From the NCBI GenBank assembly GCA_040954595.2, contig CM082584.2:10754552-10818551 (forward strand): 64,000 nt of DNA. Reading direction: 5' to 3'. The notes beneath the pieces are model-generated. The model searched no databases. It was not told the origin of the DNA and saw nothing but the letters and a program-made list of their open reading frames with translations. The position numbers and the translations under genes were made by a program. Below, one piece after another: positions 50,701-64,000 of this stretch; position 1 is the first letter of the stretch, and the number at the start of each line of letters is the position of its first letter. This stretch comes from Balanoglossus misakiensis (taxonomy: Eukaryota; Animalia; Hemichordata).

Positions 50701-53700
50701 AGATCATCAATGTGTGTGCCTATTTTTATCTATTTTCATCGCAAGGACCCCATAACTTTGTGTTATAAAAGAGACAGGGCTCTCATATGATACACACTAA
50801 AAATAGCCTTTAAAAGTTAGCGAATTGAGTGTTCAGTATAAATGCAAATTTACAATATCGCCTTTTTCACTCAAATTAGGCAAGTAAATGGATGCACTGC
50901 GTCAATGCGAAATGTCTAAACCAAGGTAGGTATATGGTTTGGTTTAATAATCACATGAGAAAACAAACAGGCTTAATTTCGTGACATCAAACAACAATGA
51001 CAATCTGAAATATTTTTCATTGAAATCCTTTGGACGGACAGATAATTACAGTCATTTACATTTATTAAATAAGAGCAATTGTGGTATATATTCAAATAGT
51101 TGGTCTGTGACCTTGCTTCTTGTTGGTAATGGCATCATTAAAGCTTCATTCAACACTATATTAATTTATGGAAAAAATATCCAGTGTCTATCCTGACACA
51201 GCCACATCTGGAAATCATGTGACGATGACCAAGCACGCCCCATGTGAAAAATAAAACTTTCAGCAGGGGAGCTTTTTGATTAACATGAGTGAGTGATGCT
51301 TTGATGCTTTACAGTCAAATTACGAGGTTTCCGTTAGCAACATCCTGAAAAGTTGGACTGATTCAATTAAGGTTGTAATAATATGCTGGTGTTTCTGAAT
51401 CAGTCATTACAGATACCATATAATACCTAGAGATGCACCAACAACAAACCACTGACGACCCAACATACAGACTTCCAAGTTCCAACACAAAAAATCACAA
51501 GAGACATAATGTAGTGTTAGTTCTTGTGATACAGCTGGTAAAAAGGACTACTTTCATTGAAGTCTGAAGACAGACATCACCGCTAGTGAAAAAAGAAATT
51601 AAAAATTCCACTTACTCAGATTCACCGTTGCTGAAAGAACTCACACTTGTACTGTCTCCCTCCAATTCATTGGCTTCACTCATTTTGTCACAGTGTTAAT
51701 AAAAATGTGTCAACACAAATCCTACTTTAGCACACTGGTGGTACTCAAAAAATAAAATACTGCTGAATATCACACAGGTTTGCCCTCGGCAGTCCTGTTT
51801 CCACGGCGTTACAGTCTGGTCTGACGGCGTCAAATCTAAAACTGGATCCAGCCTGTGAGCAAGCAATGACCAGTAACTCTCAAATTTTTAAGCTATATCT
51901 GTTCTATTGGAAGATGTCACAATGAGGGCCATTCACGGCCTACCCACATATTTATCATATGTTAATAAAAAAATTTATCATGGGCTTGCATCACCGGGAT
52001 GCGCCATTATTTGGCAGGGGTGTTGGCCCTCTCTTTGAAGCATGCCTGTATATTAACAGACTGCCGGGTTATAGTGGTAAACATCCACGCTCATTTCATG
52101 CTAGTTTTCCGGTACTTATGATACTTGTTACGACACACAGAAATGATGCCTCTTGGATTTTAATGTAGTGACATCGGTCAATGATATGGCTTCAACTCAA
52201 AAGCTAACTACATGTTTGTTTGATACGTAATTAATTGTGTCACCTTAAAGTGTGAAATCGAGAGACAGAGAGCTCTGAATTCCATGCAGTACATTGTATG
52301 CCTGACACAGATTTCACTAGATGTGTCATTCCAAATTAAACCGTTCCTGAGCCATTTCTGTGTTGAACACATGCAGCTCAAACTGATTAGACTAAATGCT
52401 CACACACGATCAGAGTAAATAGTTAATACCACAAATCGGGAATGAAAGTATCCCCCCCCCCTCCCCACATAGATTATTCTCCCATCTGTTTGCAGATAAT
52501 TTTAAAGATGGGAGAGGTGTTGAACTGTTCTCTGGAACAATGAAGATGAAGAACACAACCACCTGTTTGATCACCATGAGATGAACAAGATCCAGAAAAA
52601 AAAATGTAGTCAAGAACGTGACTTTCAAGGAGAAGAACAAAACTTTTGAATCCATTATGAGCCTGAGGTCACCCTACTTGGTAGTGATGGTAACAAGCCT
52701 GTTACACAGAATTTAAAGTCCATTATTTTGATTTTAGCTTAACTTTGGTCACAATGTAACATATGCATCAGTCCCTCCCTGTGTAAATGTGTGTTGTATG
52801 TGCCCGCCCTGTTGCCTAGGAGACAACAGTAATGAACTAGAACTCAGATTTTGCCTAGGGTCAATTATTAACTTCTAAAAATGTTTCAAGTGATCAATTA
52901 AAGAACAACTGTCCACTGATGTGTCTTAATCTCCCCCTTAGGTGTGTTAAAAAGTTTTATCACCATAAAAAGTGATGAACACAAAAATACCTTCATAAGT
53001 TTTATGACATTAAGAATTTGTTTTATTCATGTATACAGATATAACCAAGTGTGGGTCATTTTTTTGTATCAACATGAAGTTCTATTCATTATTAGTGTGT
53101 TGGCTTAAAATTAAATGCAGGGTTTTTTTTTGGCTGATTAATTATTCTTTCTTCCTATTCAGTTCGACACACAATCCATACAACATTCAAAGTTCAAGTC
53201 ATATCTTGTTGAAAACTGCACCTCAAACAAAAGTACACATAACAAAAGGGCAGTTTATGACTACAAAGCCAACCCAAAAACAAAGTAACTTTTGGTTTTA
53301 TTCTCAACATGTAGAAAGAGACAGAACACTGATAGAACTTAGTTTCTGCATGGAGGTACTAGTACCTCCATGGTTTCTGGAACCAAATTGTGATGATATG
53401 TCCTGATTTCCGGCCACTTGGATGCTAAAGGTCAAGTGTGTCTGTCATGATTGCTCATCATCATTTATTATTCAAGAATGCCCATGTATGATGTTGATAC
53501 AAAGTGGTGGCATTTATAAATATTCATAGTATCTCATTAGCATTTTGAAATTTGGTTAATGAGAGACTCTGCATTACAATTGGGCATCTGTGCGTCATTT
53601 GCATAATAAAAACTACCACCATTTGCATAAACATGCACTGTTGGCCAACAGGAATAAATTAGTGTAAAAATCAACAACTTGGGTGCCTCTCTGAAGTTCA

Positions 53701-54946
53701 AGAAGTACATCAAAACTGGTGGATAGGGGCCAACACACTTGGTTTTGAACACATGGACTTTTGTTGAAGCTTTGGAACTTCAAGAATTGATTGAGGTAAC
53801 ACTGCTTTTCTCTGTGTTTTTAGATACACAAAGCTATTTTCATTATGGGACAAAAGGGACCAAATACTTGAGATCAGGGCACTGAAATGTCCATTTTTTT
53901 ACCACAAGGATTACTCCAGAAACTGATCAAGTATTTTCATTATTGACCTGAGAGGGCGCTATGTCCAACATGAACCCTAACCTAAGAAAGTTCTTTGACC
54001 TTTTTCTGCTGCCAGTGTTTGTCTGTGTAGGGTTTGGATGGACTGGAGAACTATAGTTTATTCACAGTTCATGACTTACATGTGTAACCTCTGTACCTTG
54101 CAATTAGATTATCAGTACTGTGATATGTGTCAATTGATTCATAAAAGAATATCGGATGCTTCATGTTGATGAACACACTCACTCAGATTTCACAGCTCAT
54201 GTGGTCCATCTGAGATGAGTAATTAACTTTTAATACTGAGAATTATAATGTTAAAATGTTTGATAATAGATAGATGCCTGTAAAAATACCTCTTGTAAAA
54301 ATCTGAGGCATCTAGTTACTCAATCTGATTAAAATCAGATGTAGAGTTAGGCGCTGTCTTTACCTTTGGTGATCATTAGCTGTTCTGTTCACTGTCTTGG
54401 ATGTTCTGGGTGTACGCGCCACTCTACAGATGCATTGATGTAGTGTGGATGCCCGTTCAGAAAAGAACAGTCAAGAATCAGCAAAGGTAAAGATTGCGCG
54501 CAGCTCTTCATCTGATTTTAATCAGATTGATAGATACTTACACTGGCACCTGTTCACAGGCATCTTCAAACTAAAAACAAAACAAAAACACATAGTTACA
54601 ACTCAATAATTTAGAGATAGTGTGAGTTAAATTTGCAATTGGATATAGCCTGGGAACTGATGTACTTGTTTTATGTTTACACAAAATTTCCCTTAATTAA
54701 CCATAATGCCATAATGACACACCCCTTTTTAATATATGCACCAAGTTGTTCTTTTGATCCTGCAGAAGTCAGTCACGAGATGTATTATGACCTAAATACC
54801 GCGACTGTAGTAGTGATATTTAAAAACAATTATTGAATTATTAAAAACTCTCTTTCGGAACAGTAACTCACCTCCGCATCATCGATGTCTACATCATCAA
54901 AATCTTCTTCGAATCCGATGTCTATTTCAGAATTTGATTCCGCCAT
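40660..54946 (-). CDS. TTC39B: Tetratricopeptide repeat protein 39 (TTC39A/B-like), multi-exon
   Basis: Exons 54946-54872, 54570-54542, 46541-46437, 45081-44888, 44126-43994, 43851-43752, 43562-43497, 43257-43146, 43030-42903, 42658-42497, 42372-42166, 41976-41865, 41482-41365, 41214-41098, 40852-40660. Motifs LEECHVALNLFLNNHF, MISMLPAKILKLLEFVGFSGNR, WKQFHHICYWELMWC, IAGKSIPFEKWA, SRLHFRVHAA. Probably co-orthologous to vertebrate TTC39A and TTC39B. Confidence 0.92.
41627..41748. repeat. Compound microsatellite (TCAG)n(TCAA)n
   Basis: Directly visible in a TTC39 intron. Confidence 0.95.
42736..42838. mobile_element. PIF/Harbinger-type MITE (103 bp)
   Basis: Inverted termini GGGAGCCTTCAGTAAT / ATTACTGAAGGCTCCC with TTA on both sides. 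Confidence 0.8.
54320..54530. mobile_element. Foldback / MITE-like element with about 70-bp imperfect inverted repeats
   Basis: TCAATCTGATTAAAATCAGATG (54320-54341) is the exact reverse complement of 54509-54530 and imperfect complementarity continues inward; flanks tagttac / tagatac resemble a decayed target-site duplication. Confidence 0.7.
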
Positions 54947-55292
54947 TCTTGGAGCTGAGAAATAGACGCAGTGTGTCCTGATTGTGCTGGATGCGATCAA
55001 AGAGTAATATATCTGACCCTACCTATCTAATCATTTGAGGGTGCCGAGAGATTTCAAACAACCCGGTCCCTGGGTGCTTCAGCTGGTGACCTTCTTTGGC
55101 CTCTGGTGCGCGTCACCTTCGAGCTTCGGTTGAGCCGGCAACGGGGAGGTGAGAATGTGCGAACAATCAAATCCAGGAAGCCATTGATATTGATATTGTG
55201 CTGAGTACATGTTGAGTTATTCTGCTTAAAATTTGTGTCTTCTGTTTACTACCTTAGAATACACTTCTCTCAAGATATAAAAAAGAACGAAT
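54947..55292. promoter_or_regulatory. Probable bidirectional promoter / 5' UTRs shared by TTC39 and WDR83OS
   Basis: Divergent ATGs at 54946 (-) and 55293 (+); GC/CpG-rich core near 55060-55160. Confidence 0.65.
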
Positions 55293-56095
55293 ATGTCTTC
55301 ATCGGTGACGACAGATGTTAGAAGACCGAACAAAATCCAAAGGTAAGCCTAAAAGTAGTTTGGACATTTGGCTTGTTGATGAGGCCACACTGAACATGTT
55401 GAATGAATGATACGTGGTACTGTACGTTACACATCACGCACAATGCAGATACCCAGTACCTCCATGCACAGACACACATACACACACGTGTGTGTATATT
55501 TACTGATGATCAGACAATACACTTTTATTGTTCCAATTCACAGCCATTGTTCACATCTTTTTCTCTAAGGTACAAGCCTCCAGAGTCTGGAGGTTTAGAA
55601 GATCCAACTTCAGACTACATGAATTTACTTGGAATGATCTTTAGTATGTGTGGGCTGATGTTGAAGGTACGTATATCATCTTGTGTGCATTGTCTTTACC
55701 CTTATCTCTTTTCATCATAATTTGAAAAGGTGATACTGTTTCTAAACAATTATTTGTAATGCTCATCTTCAATTTTATTTTGCAGATGAAGTGGTGTGCA
55801 TGGATAGCAGTGTACTGTTCATTTATAAGTTATGCAAATTCTAGATCATCGGAAGATACAAAACAGATGCTAAGTAGTTTTATGTAAGTACTCAAACAAA
55901 GCAATGACTGTTGTTTTCTCTGTGGACACTCATAATGCTCAAAGATGAGACAAAATAAAAATTTACAAACAAATTACTTTTATATGAACTTTAATAAATG
56001 TGTAATACCTTTGTCTTTTTTTTTTTAGGTTATCGATATCAGCAGTTGTCATGTCATATCTACAGAATCCACAACCTATGACTCCGCCATGGTAG
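55293..56095 (+). CDS. WDR83OS: PAT complex subunit Asterix, 103 aa, 4 exons
   Basis: Exons 55293-55342, 55570-55666, 55786-55883, 56029-56095: ...[14 protein letters not shown]...[77 protein letters not shown]. Confidence 0.97.
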
Positions 56096-56654
56096 AGACC
56101 AGCAGCACTGCCACTTCAGTTTTTGCTTTTTAACAATTTGTGAACTGAATTGCCAAGGATAAAATGCAATGTGTAATCTTTTTAAGAGACATCTTTTCAT
56201 TTTGAATTGTACAATTTATATCAGCACCAATAAAGTAATTTAAAAACAAATGGTTTTGTTGGGTACTATATGTTTTACACCCCTCCCCCCCATTACAAGT
56301 TGTCTTACAAGGATGCCAGTTGAAAGAATATACAGCTTTTGAATTTGGCATAGAATAAAAGATTCAGAGCATCTTGAAAGTGTGAAAAAATCACCATTAC
56401 CAGCATTATTATCATCATTACCAGCACCCTTTTTCTTTCATTCTATTGGCTCTTCGAAATGTGAAAGGTTGTATAAAATCTGAAATAAAGTTTTATTGTA
56501 AAGTAAAAGTTGTTTACTTAAGGTTAAAAGACTGAAATTGTCTTAAATATGTGATGAATGCATGTGCTAAGTAAAGGCTTTCGAGAACCGAAAGGGATGG
56601 AAAACACAGTATTCGCCGCTGTTGGCGCTATAATGGTTTATCCTGGGTTAGCCG

Positions 56655-56806
56655 TCTGACGTCATCATGATGAGGCATTTTCCTAATGACGTAATGCTAC
56701 ATATTTTGTCAGCAACGGCTTATACGATTGGACAAAAGCTTGACCTCTATTTACCGCTAACCAATTGAAAGATGGGTTGCGGACAGGCTCAAGTTTCGCC
56801 ATTTTG
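56655..56806 (+). promoter_or_regulatory. Putative UBE3C core promoter (CRE, CCAAT, YY1-like motifs)
   Basis: TGACGTCA 56657-56664, TGACGTAA near 56687, ATTGG near 56727, CCAAT 56761, CGCCATTTT 56797-56805, clustered between the WDR83OS poly(A) signals and the UBE3C ATG. Confidence 0.5.
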
Positions 56807-57156
56807 GATTCACCCCGTTGAATAGAATTGTTGTGTATTGAACATTCGAGAAGTTTTAGTGTTAGTGGGCGGTATTCTGTTGATTTCGGACAGAATATCG
56901 CACAGTCTCATACCGATCACACGGCAGATTCCCTGCAGAAGAAACAAAGTCACTGAAAAACACTGATCGCCTGCATTACAGTCGACGAACACAAGTTCCT
57001 GTTCAACCCTTCAAGTTGGTGAAACTGAAACTTGAAAGAGATCACTGATCAGGGACCGCGATCAAACGATCATAGTCGTTTACACGTTGGTTGTGTCGTT
57101 TTAACTCCAAGGAAAATCCTTGAAATCGGTGTATAATCATTCACACGCCTGTAAAT

Positions 57157-60100
57157 ATGTTTGGATTTGACGGAGACTTCAGGACGAGGCCAAAGGTGTC
57201 TCTTGGAGGCGCGAGCAAAAAGGTTAGTAAGCAAAAACAAAACAAACATTGCTGATGTAGTAACCGGCAGAGTAAGTGCTAATGTCATATTTTGCAATTG
57301 TGTACATATGATGTTAAGTGAGCAACAGATTCTGTTTGAGACCGGCGCCGGTTATGTTCATCATGATCACTACCAGCTGGATCCAGGATCACATTACTGA
57401 CTATCATTTCCTCTTTCTCCATCAGGAAAAGAAAGATTCCTTACTTCTCAAGAACCAACAAGAAAGGCAGAAGAGAGAGGTAATGTTCAAATGTTTATTC
57501 TTGGCATTTTATACTGCATGCAGTCAAGAGGGGGGGGGGGTCACCCCTCCCCTCCCTGCCAGAATATTTTCGGGCGAGGGATAAATTAATGTAATATTTG
57601 CCACTGTTATTTGATTATCAGGACAAACGGAGACAAATAAATAGTGCAATCAGAATCCAGTGTTGGTGGAGAGCGTCATGGTCACGGCAAAAATTACGAA
57701 AGTCAAGACGAGAACAGTTTGATATGCTGATCTCGGAAAATCAGAAATCGAAGGCAAATATGTCGAGTGAGAGGCTTTCAGAGCTACAGAGACTGATGCT
57801 TTTATTCTTCAAAGAACGATATGACGCGGAAAGACTGGTGAGTTAATTTAATGACAACTTGTTAGTTAAATTACAGTCACTTTGAGAGTCTGGATCATTG
57901 CACCAAACATTTTTGTAAAAATCAGTCATTTTCACATGCACAATAAAATTTACAACAGAGTAAACAGTTGAAATCAGAGTGATACAAACCTAGTCTGACA
58001 AAATGTCAGCGTAAATGTAGAGTTGAAGGTGAATTGTGCAGAGAAAGGTTGCTGAGGAAAACCCAGTAGGTGAGTGTGTGGGTGGTTAGGTGGATTGTTG
58101 GGTGGGTGGTGTGGGAGCTAGGCAATTATGCACACATCCTGTCGAACCTTGAAAAAGTACAATTTATCTCCTGAAACTAAAGAAAAACCTGGGAAAATGC
58201 ATTAGTATTATCTTTAGAAAAACTACCACAGATGAAAGAATGTCAAAAGTGAATGATATTACCTCTTTAAAAGGGATTAAAAAAATTACAAAACAGGGAT
58301 ATTGAGCTATGATTCTGTTCCCTTTCATTCAACAGATATCATTATGCCAGATACTTGTAAGACACCAAGATATTTCAGTAGAGTTGCTCCTGAAGGATCC
58401 ACTCACATGGAATTACCAAACAAAGAAACTCCTACTTGCTATTTGCAGGTGAGTCATAAACTTGTGTACAGCCAAAGAAATGTATGTTGTCTGTGTGATG
58501 TTAAGTTATTATGAAAGCAAGCTGTGTGTTTTCTAATGTAGACATGCTGAAAAAAAGATGAACTTCAGTGGCAGTTTTTTTTCCCCCAACTAGATTGCTT
58601 GAGTCAGCACTGCAGGGATCGATGCCAGTAGCTCCCCCACTAAGAGTCATGGAGGTCTACACGAGTGTGGAGACCTACACAAAGCGCAACAGACTGACGG
58701 AGGCCGAAGCAGCCCAGTGCGTGATCAAGTTGACATCCCACCTGATTGAGAAAGGTAATACCAGAGGGTTAATTCAATTACAGAAGTCAATTATACGGAT
58801 AGGGGCTCAGTAAATGCCAACAGGGTTAACTGATCATTCTTCGAGTTGAGTGTGACCGCCTCTCTATTCAAATTCAGGAATTTTCGGATTAACCTCACAT
58901 TGTCCACAGAAAATATCAGTAGCCCTGTCACACCCACACTGTGGTACTAACCATTGTTTACTTCTTTCTCAGGATACTTCCAGTCCATCAGAACTCTGTT
59001 GGATGAGAGAGTTCCATCTAGTATTGAAATGTCACCAAACCCACCAACGCCCATGGCAGCCGCAGCTCTGGATTTAGTGTTGCGGCCGATCAGGTTGACA
59101 GAGTCATTCAAGGAGAACGCAGAGCTCAGGTTGGATTTGAGTTTGCCAGTTTGGAATTAAAATTATTGCTTTTGGGGGGGGGGGGGGTAATTGTATTTGA
59201 TTTTTTGATTGTTTATGTCCTGCCTATGGTTCACGTCTCTATATGTATCTTTCACTGTTTCCCTTTCCAGACATGTTGTGTTCAAAGGATTGTGTCAAGA
59301 CCTACTGTGCCCGAGCTTCACAGACCAAATAGCATTGTTCCTACTTCCAGCTCTAGCATACGGGAAATACCCGTTCCCATTCGTCAACTTCCTTCACACC
59401 CTCATCCCGGAGGATGCGATGGAGACCAATCAGAACGCGGAAACAGGTGTCAATCAACTCATTGTGTGGTCGTCGCCTTGGTTACTGTATTCTCTTTTAT
59501 CTTTGGGTGAGCCAATCATAGGTAAGTGTGTTGGATAAAATGTTGCATTATGTAGTCTTGAACAACACTCCAATGGATAGTGAGGCACATGGCCATTATT
59601 GATGGTATAACCCTGTTATTATACACATGCTTTCATATGTGTTCATCTGACTTTTTTTGACAGATAAGTTAAAGCAAGAGGATGTGAAGCTTTATTTACA
59701 AGTGTTGAAAATCCTGCTGCCTTCTCTGCCAAGTGCACAGTTGCTCTCTGGCAGACAGAGGTCTGCGATCGACGATTCAGATGATTCAGATGACGACGAT
59801 GACACCATGGTTATGAATCATAATCAGGTCAGTACAACTAGCCATGGTGAGGGCCAGACAGTGTTACAGGCCATGAACAACACAGTGTGACAGACCATGG
59901 GCAAGACAATGTGACAGACAGATTCAGCCATTAATATTTGACCCTTCCACGTTGTCCCATTGCAGATGAATTCCATCACAAGTCTTCAAGGTGTCCGGGA
60001 TCAGTGCTTGCAGCTGTTCAATTCACCGAAGCATGTGAAGTGTGTGCTGTCAACGTTGAGTCAAGATGTCCAGTCGTCGACGCTGACGGCCCTCTGTACA

Positions 60101-63100
60101 ATCTGCCACACTCTGATGACACAACAGAGACTATTCGTCCACAAGTCAAGGTAGAGACAAAAATGCACCATACACTCTTGAATGGACCGTTGCTACTTAA
60201 CTGTACATAGCATCAGTCATTGATGTGGTTTTCTGTTGTATTTGAATAACGGTGTCATTTCTTTTATAGGTTGCTGTCCACACTTGCCTTCAACAGACCA
60301 TTCCTGAGACACTTGTGGCAAAATCTAATATCAGCATCTACACAGGCAGTCACAGGGTAAGAATTATTTGTCTCACTTTCAAACAAAGCTTACTGTTGAT
60401 CATCGGAATTGATTATTTGCCTACTTACTTCACCAGTCATTCCATACAGTTTATGACCTTTGGTTTGTTTTCACAGGTCGCGGGTTCCACTTATCACGAT
60501 GCTCTCGAGAGGTTCTCACTTGCAGACCACCGAGACGAATCAGATACTTCCCGTACTGTCCCTGTTCTGTTCGCTGTTTTTGCAGGCGTTGATAACTCTT
60601 CATGATGCGGAGTTCCATGGCAGTACGACAGGCAAGTATGGAGTTTGTCCGTACCATATTTGACCCACCGTGACTCTACTTTGCAAAACAATGGCTGTAC
60701 AGCCCGGCCAATCAGAGATCTCAAGTTTATGGAATATTCCTTTCTTGAGGATTAACATCTTCCTTTCCTGCTGTTGTTCTCGACAGATGGTAAAAGTCAA
60801 AGTTTGATGCCATTCCGACTATCCGAGCTAGTCCAGATGAGTCGAACGCTGAGAGACGCTTGTCTTGGCATGATAGAATTAGCCCATCCAGAGACCAAAC
60901 CCAGCGTAACAGACGACTACATGAAAGCCATGACAAGCGTTGGTGTTAGGAGGGATATCATGTCTGCGCAGGACCTACAGAAACAGACTGAAAACTGGGC
61001 ACATGTTTTTAAGGTGACGACCCAGCTGGTGAAGCAGTTGCATGAACGCGACATCAGACGTCAGTTCTGTCCGGAAGGTCACTGGTTATCACAGCATATT
61101 TCCATAAGTGCCGACAAGGTAGGATTTAGAAGTTTTCAGCTGCCTGGGGTTGTGGTAGTGTCATGATTACTATAAGCGCACAACCCACAACTTTAAATCT
61201 TATGTGTGAAATCTCCTGCGCCAGTGGTAGTTGGAACCAGAATAGGCTGTTTCACCACAAGAGGGCGCCACACCACAAACAGGTTGTCGTATACTTGTCC
61301 AAAACCGTGAACACGACACAGGCTGTGCTCCTTCATCCCTGTGTCTATGGCAACCAGTGTCGGTATCTTTTTCTGTATATTGATCAGATTCAACCGACAC
61401 TAGTATTTGTGAAATCAAAGTTGCAATATCATGATGCATGGTTGTGTGTATTTTTCGTAGTCGAGTAAACTCCATCGAGGGCATCATGCAGGGTTTGCCC
61501 GGATGAGCAGCTTGAGACTGTCCAACAGACTCTGGTCCCTCCGACATTCCATGGCCCCGGCTGGCAGTATTCTAACAGCGGATGAAGATGGCCCTCCCAT
61601 GACGACAACCGAGGCCCGACAACTCACCATACTGACTGAACTGCCGTTTGTCGTGCCGTTTGAGGAAAGAGTGAAGGTGAGTGAAATAGCGTTTGGTGTC
61701 AAATCTGAAGGGGGGGGGGAGGCTGAGATGATAATTGTGATTTTTGTGGGGGGTTTTCTGGGAAGTCCTTGAAAGTCCTAGAACTTGGTACTACTCCTGG
61801 AAAGTTGGGATTGGACATTCCATGTCAAGGTTGTGATATTCTTTCATAATCATGACAAAATCTCATTGAATATCTACCTTGTCATCTCTGATAGATTTTC
61901 CAAGGTTTACTGGTCAAAGACAAGGAAGAAACGCAAGGGGGAGAACTCCAAAACTTCTTAGCTGGACCGGCCATTGATATAAACATCAGGCGAAACTACA
62001 TCTATGAGGATGCCTTTGATAAACTCCGACCCGAGAATGGTAAGAACCAGATTGCTTGATGAAAATCCGTCAGTAAATATAATGTCTGTGTTAATCCCAA
62101 TTTTATCGTTTGTTGTACATGTATGAGCTTTTAACAGAATTTTTTTTTCATTTAAAAAACTTAGAACCTGATTTGAAGAAGAAAATGCGAGTTCAGCTGG
62201 TGAATTACCAAGGTCTGAACGAGGCTGGGATCGATGGGGGAGGAATCTTCCGAGAGTTTCTGGCACAGCTGTTGAAGACTGGATTCGATCCCAACAGAGG
62301 GTTTTTCAAGACAACGCATGACAGACTTCTGTACCCGAATCCGCAGGCCGCAATTCTCCAGGAGGATTTCACGAACCATTACTTCTTCCTCGGGCGGATG
62401 TTTGGAAAGGTCAGTGCGAGGGGTGACCCTTGACCTTTCAGAGCTTTTTTTGTAAAACGCAACAATGTGGGAGACAAAACAAGGATAATGAATAAGAGGA
62501 CATAGAGTCCCAGACAGAGGAATTTATTTTGTCTGATAGTGTAACGTAATCATATTTTGGACATTGTGAAGTACTGATGATATAACTGAAATAGTTTTGG
62601 CTCCTGAAGTTTGTTGATCCATGACCCACTGATCCAACAGAAAACAAAACAAACACATCTCCAGAGTATATTTTCATATGAGGAAATTGGGTCAAAGTGT
62701 TTAAAATCCATCTCACAATTATTATTATTTTTGCAGGCACTGTATGAGAACATGTTAGTTGAGCTGCCATTTGCCAGTTTCTTTCTGTCCAAACTTCTTG
62801 GTCGACACTCGTCCGATGTCGACATTCATCATTTACATTCCCTGGATCCCGAAATGTACAAGTAAGTCCATCACCTCCGAATTCATGGAAATTTTTTGGT
62901 AAAGACTGTGTTCTTTGGCATCCCCCTTTAACACCCAACGTCTGTCCTTTCTTTTCACCCTAGAAATTTACTTTTCTTGAAGAATTACGACGGCGATGTT
63001 TCTGATCTGGGTCTTGATTTCACAGTTGTGAACAACGACTTGGGTGAAGCACAGGTATGGAAAAAAATCTCGAATGAATTCTCTGTCGTGATTGCATGTT

Positions 63101-63865
63101 TATTATACACCTACTACCGTAACCTATGGCACTGGAGTTTTACAATAACGTTCCATATTTGTACAGTACGTCTCTGTTTGACAGCTGAAGAAGACGATAT
63201 AGAGAACACTATGTTCATTTCATGTTTATTTTCAGGCAATCTGTCAGAAAGAATAATACTCGTGTTTTGTTATGTTTTGACAGGTGCATGAGCTAAAGCC
63301 TGGTGGGAGAGAAATCCCAGTGACAAGCAATAACAGAATAGAGTACATCCATTTAATAGCAGATTATAGACTTAACAGACAGGTATAGTGGTCTGCCTTC
63401 CTCTTTGAGTAATTTTTATGTGATGTTGATTCTAGCCTGAACTAGGAATATCACTGTCTATCACTGTCTTTACAATGTCTATATGGTATTTTGCTTCATA
63501 CTGGCAGTACCACAGTGTGGGGGGGGGGGGGGGGGGTGTTATAGGGTTGTTGATACAAACAGGGCGAGTGTGAAAACAAGATTTGTTTGGAGAAGCACAG
63601 AGCCTAGTATTTGCACAAAAACAGCATCACAGAACAACATGTGTGTACACGTATATGAGTGAGTGAGCATAGTCTTATCCCTGTCTGATTTTGTTTTGTT
63701 TTGCTTAGATCCGTGCCCACTGCACAGCCTTCCGAGAAGGCCTGTCAAATGTCATCAATTTGGAGTGGCTCAGAATGTTTGACTATCACGAGCTGCAAAC
63801 GCTGGTGTCTGGTGCTCTGGTTCCTGTCGATGTGGAAGATCTCAAGAGACACACGAACTATTCAG
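57157..63865 (+). CDS. UBE3C: HECT E3 ubiquitin ligase UBE3C, 3'-truncated by the window edge
   Basis: Starts MFGFDGDFRTRPKVSLGGASKK; IQ motif SAIRIQCWWRA; ELPFVVPFEERVK; HECT motifs EAGIDGGGIFREFL, GFDPNRGFF, ELPFASFFLSKL, WLRMFDYHELQTLVSG. About 19 exons; the last one seen is 63709-63865. Confidence 0.96.
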
Positions 63866-64000
63866 GTGAGAAAACAAATTGTCAGCTCTGCAAATATTTA
63901 GAGTTTAGAGCATTTTCTAGATTGACAGACTAGCAACTCGTACATGCTGGAACCAGGGATTTAGAAGGGGCCACTTCACATTGGGTGCAAAATGCACATA

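Overview
Eukaryotic, intron-rich animal genomic DNA with GT-AG spliced genes; an invertebrate deuterostome origin is my inference. Gene order: NDUFB7 (-) head-to-head with a selenoprotein GPX4 (+; in-frame TGA, SECIS, tandem duplicated 25-nt exon); nucleoredoxin-like 2 (+, 8.2-kb intron); two tandem single-coding-exon LRR-Ig-TM receptors (+); a signal-peptide FKBP2-like PPIase without an ER-retention tail (+); a nested repeat block; a two-exon gene (-) that the ORF track splits in two and that reads as a divergent gasdermin pore-forming domain with no C-terminal autoinhibitory domain; an O-fucosyltransferase-like type II protein (+); TTC39 (-) head-to-head with WDR83OS/Asterix (+); and UBE3C (+, runs off the window). 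The best candidate for new biology is the gasdermin-like gene at 33956-34967. All homology calls are by eye against recalled family motifs; no searches were run.
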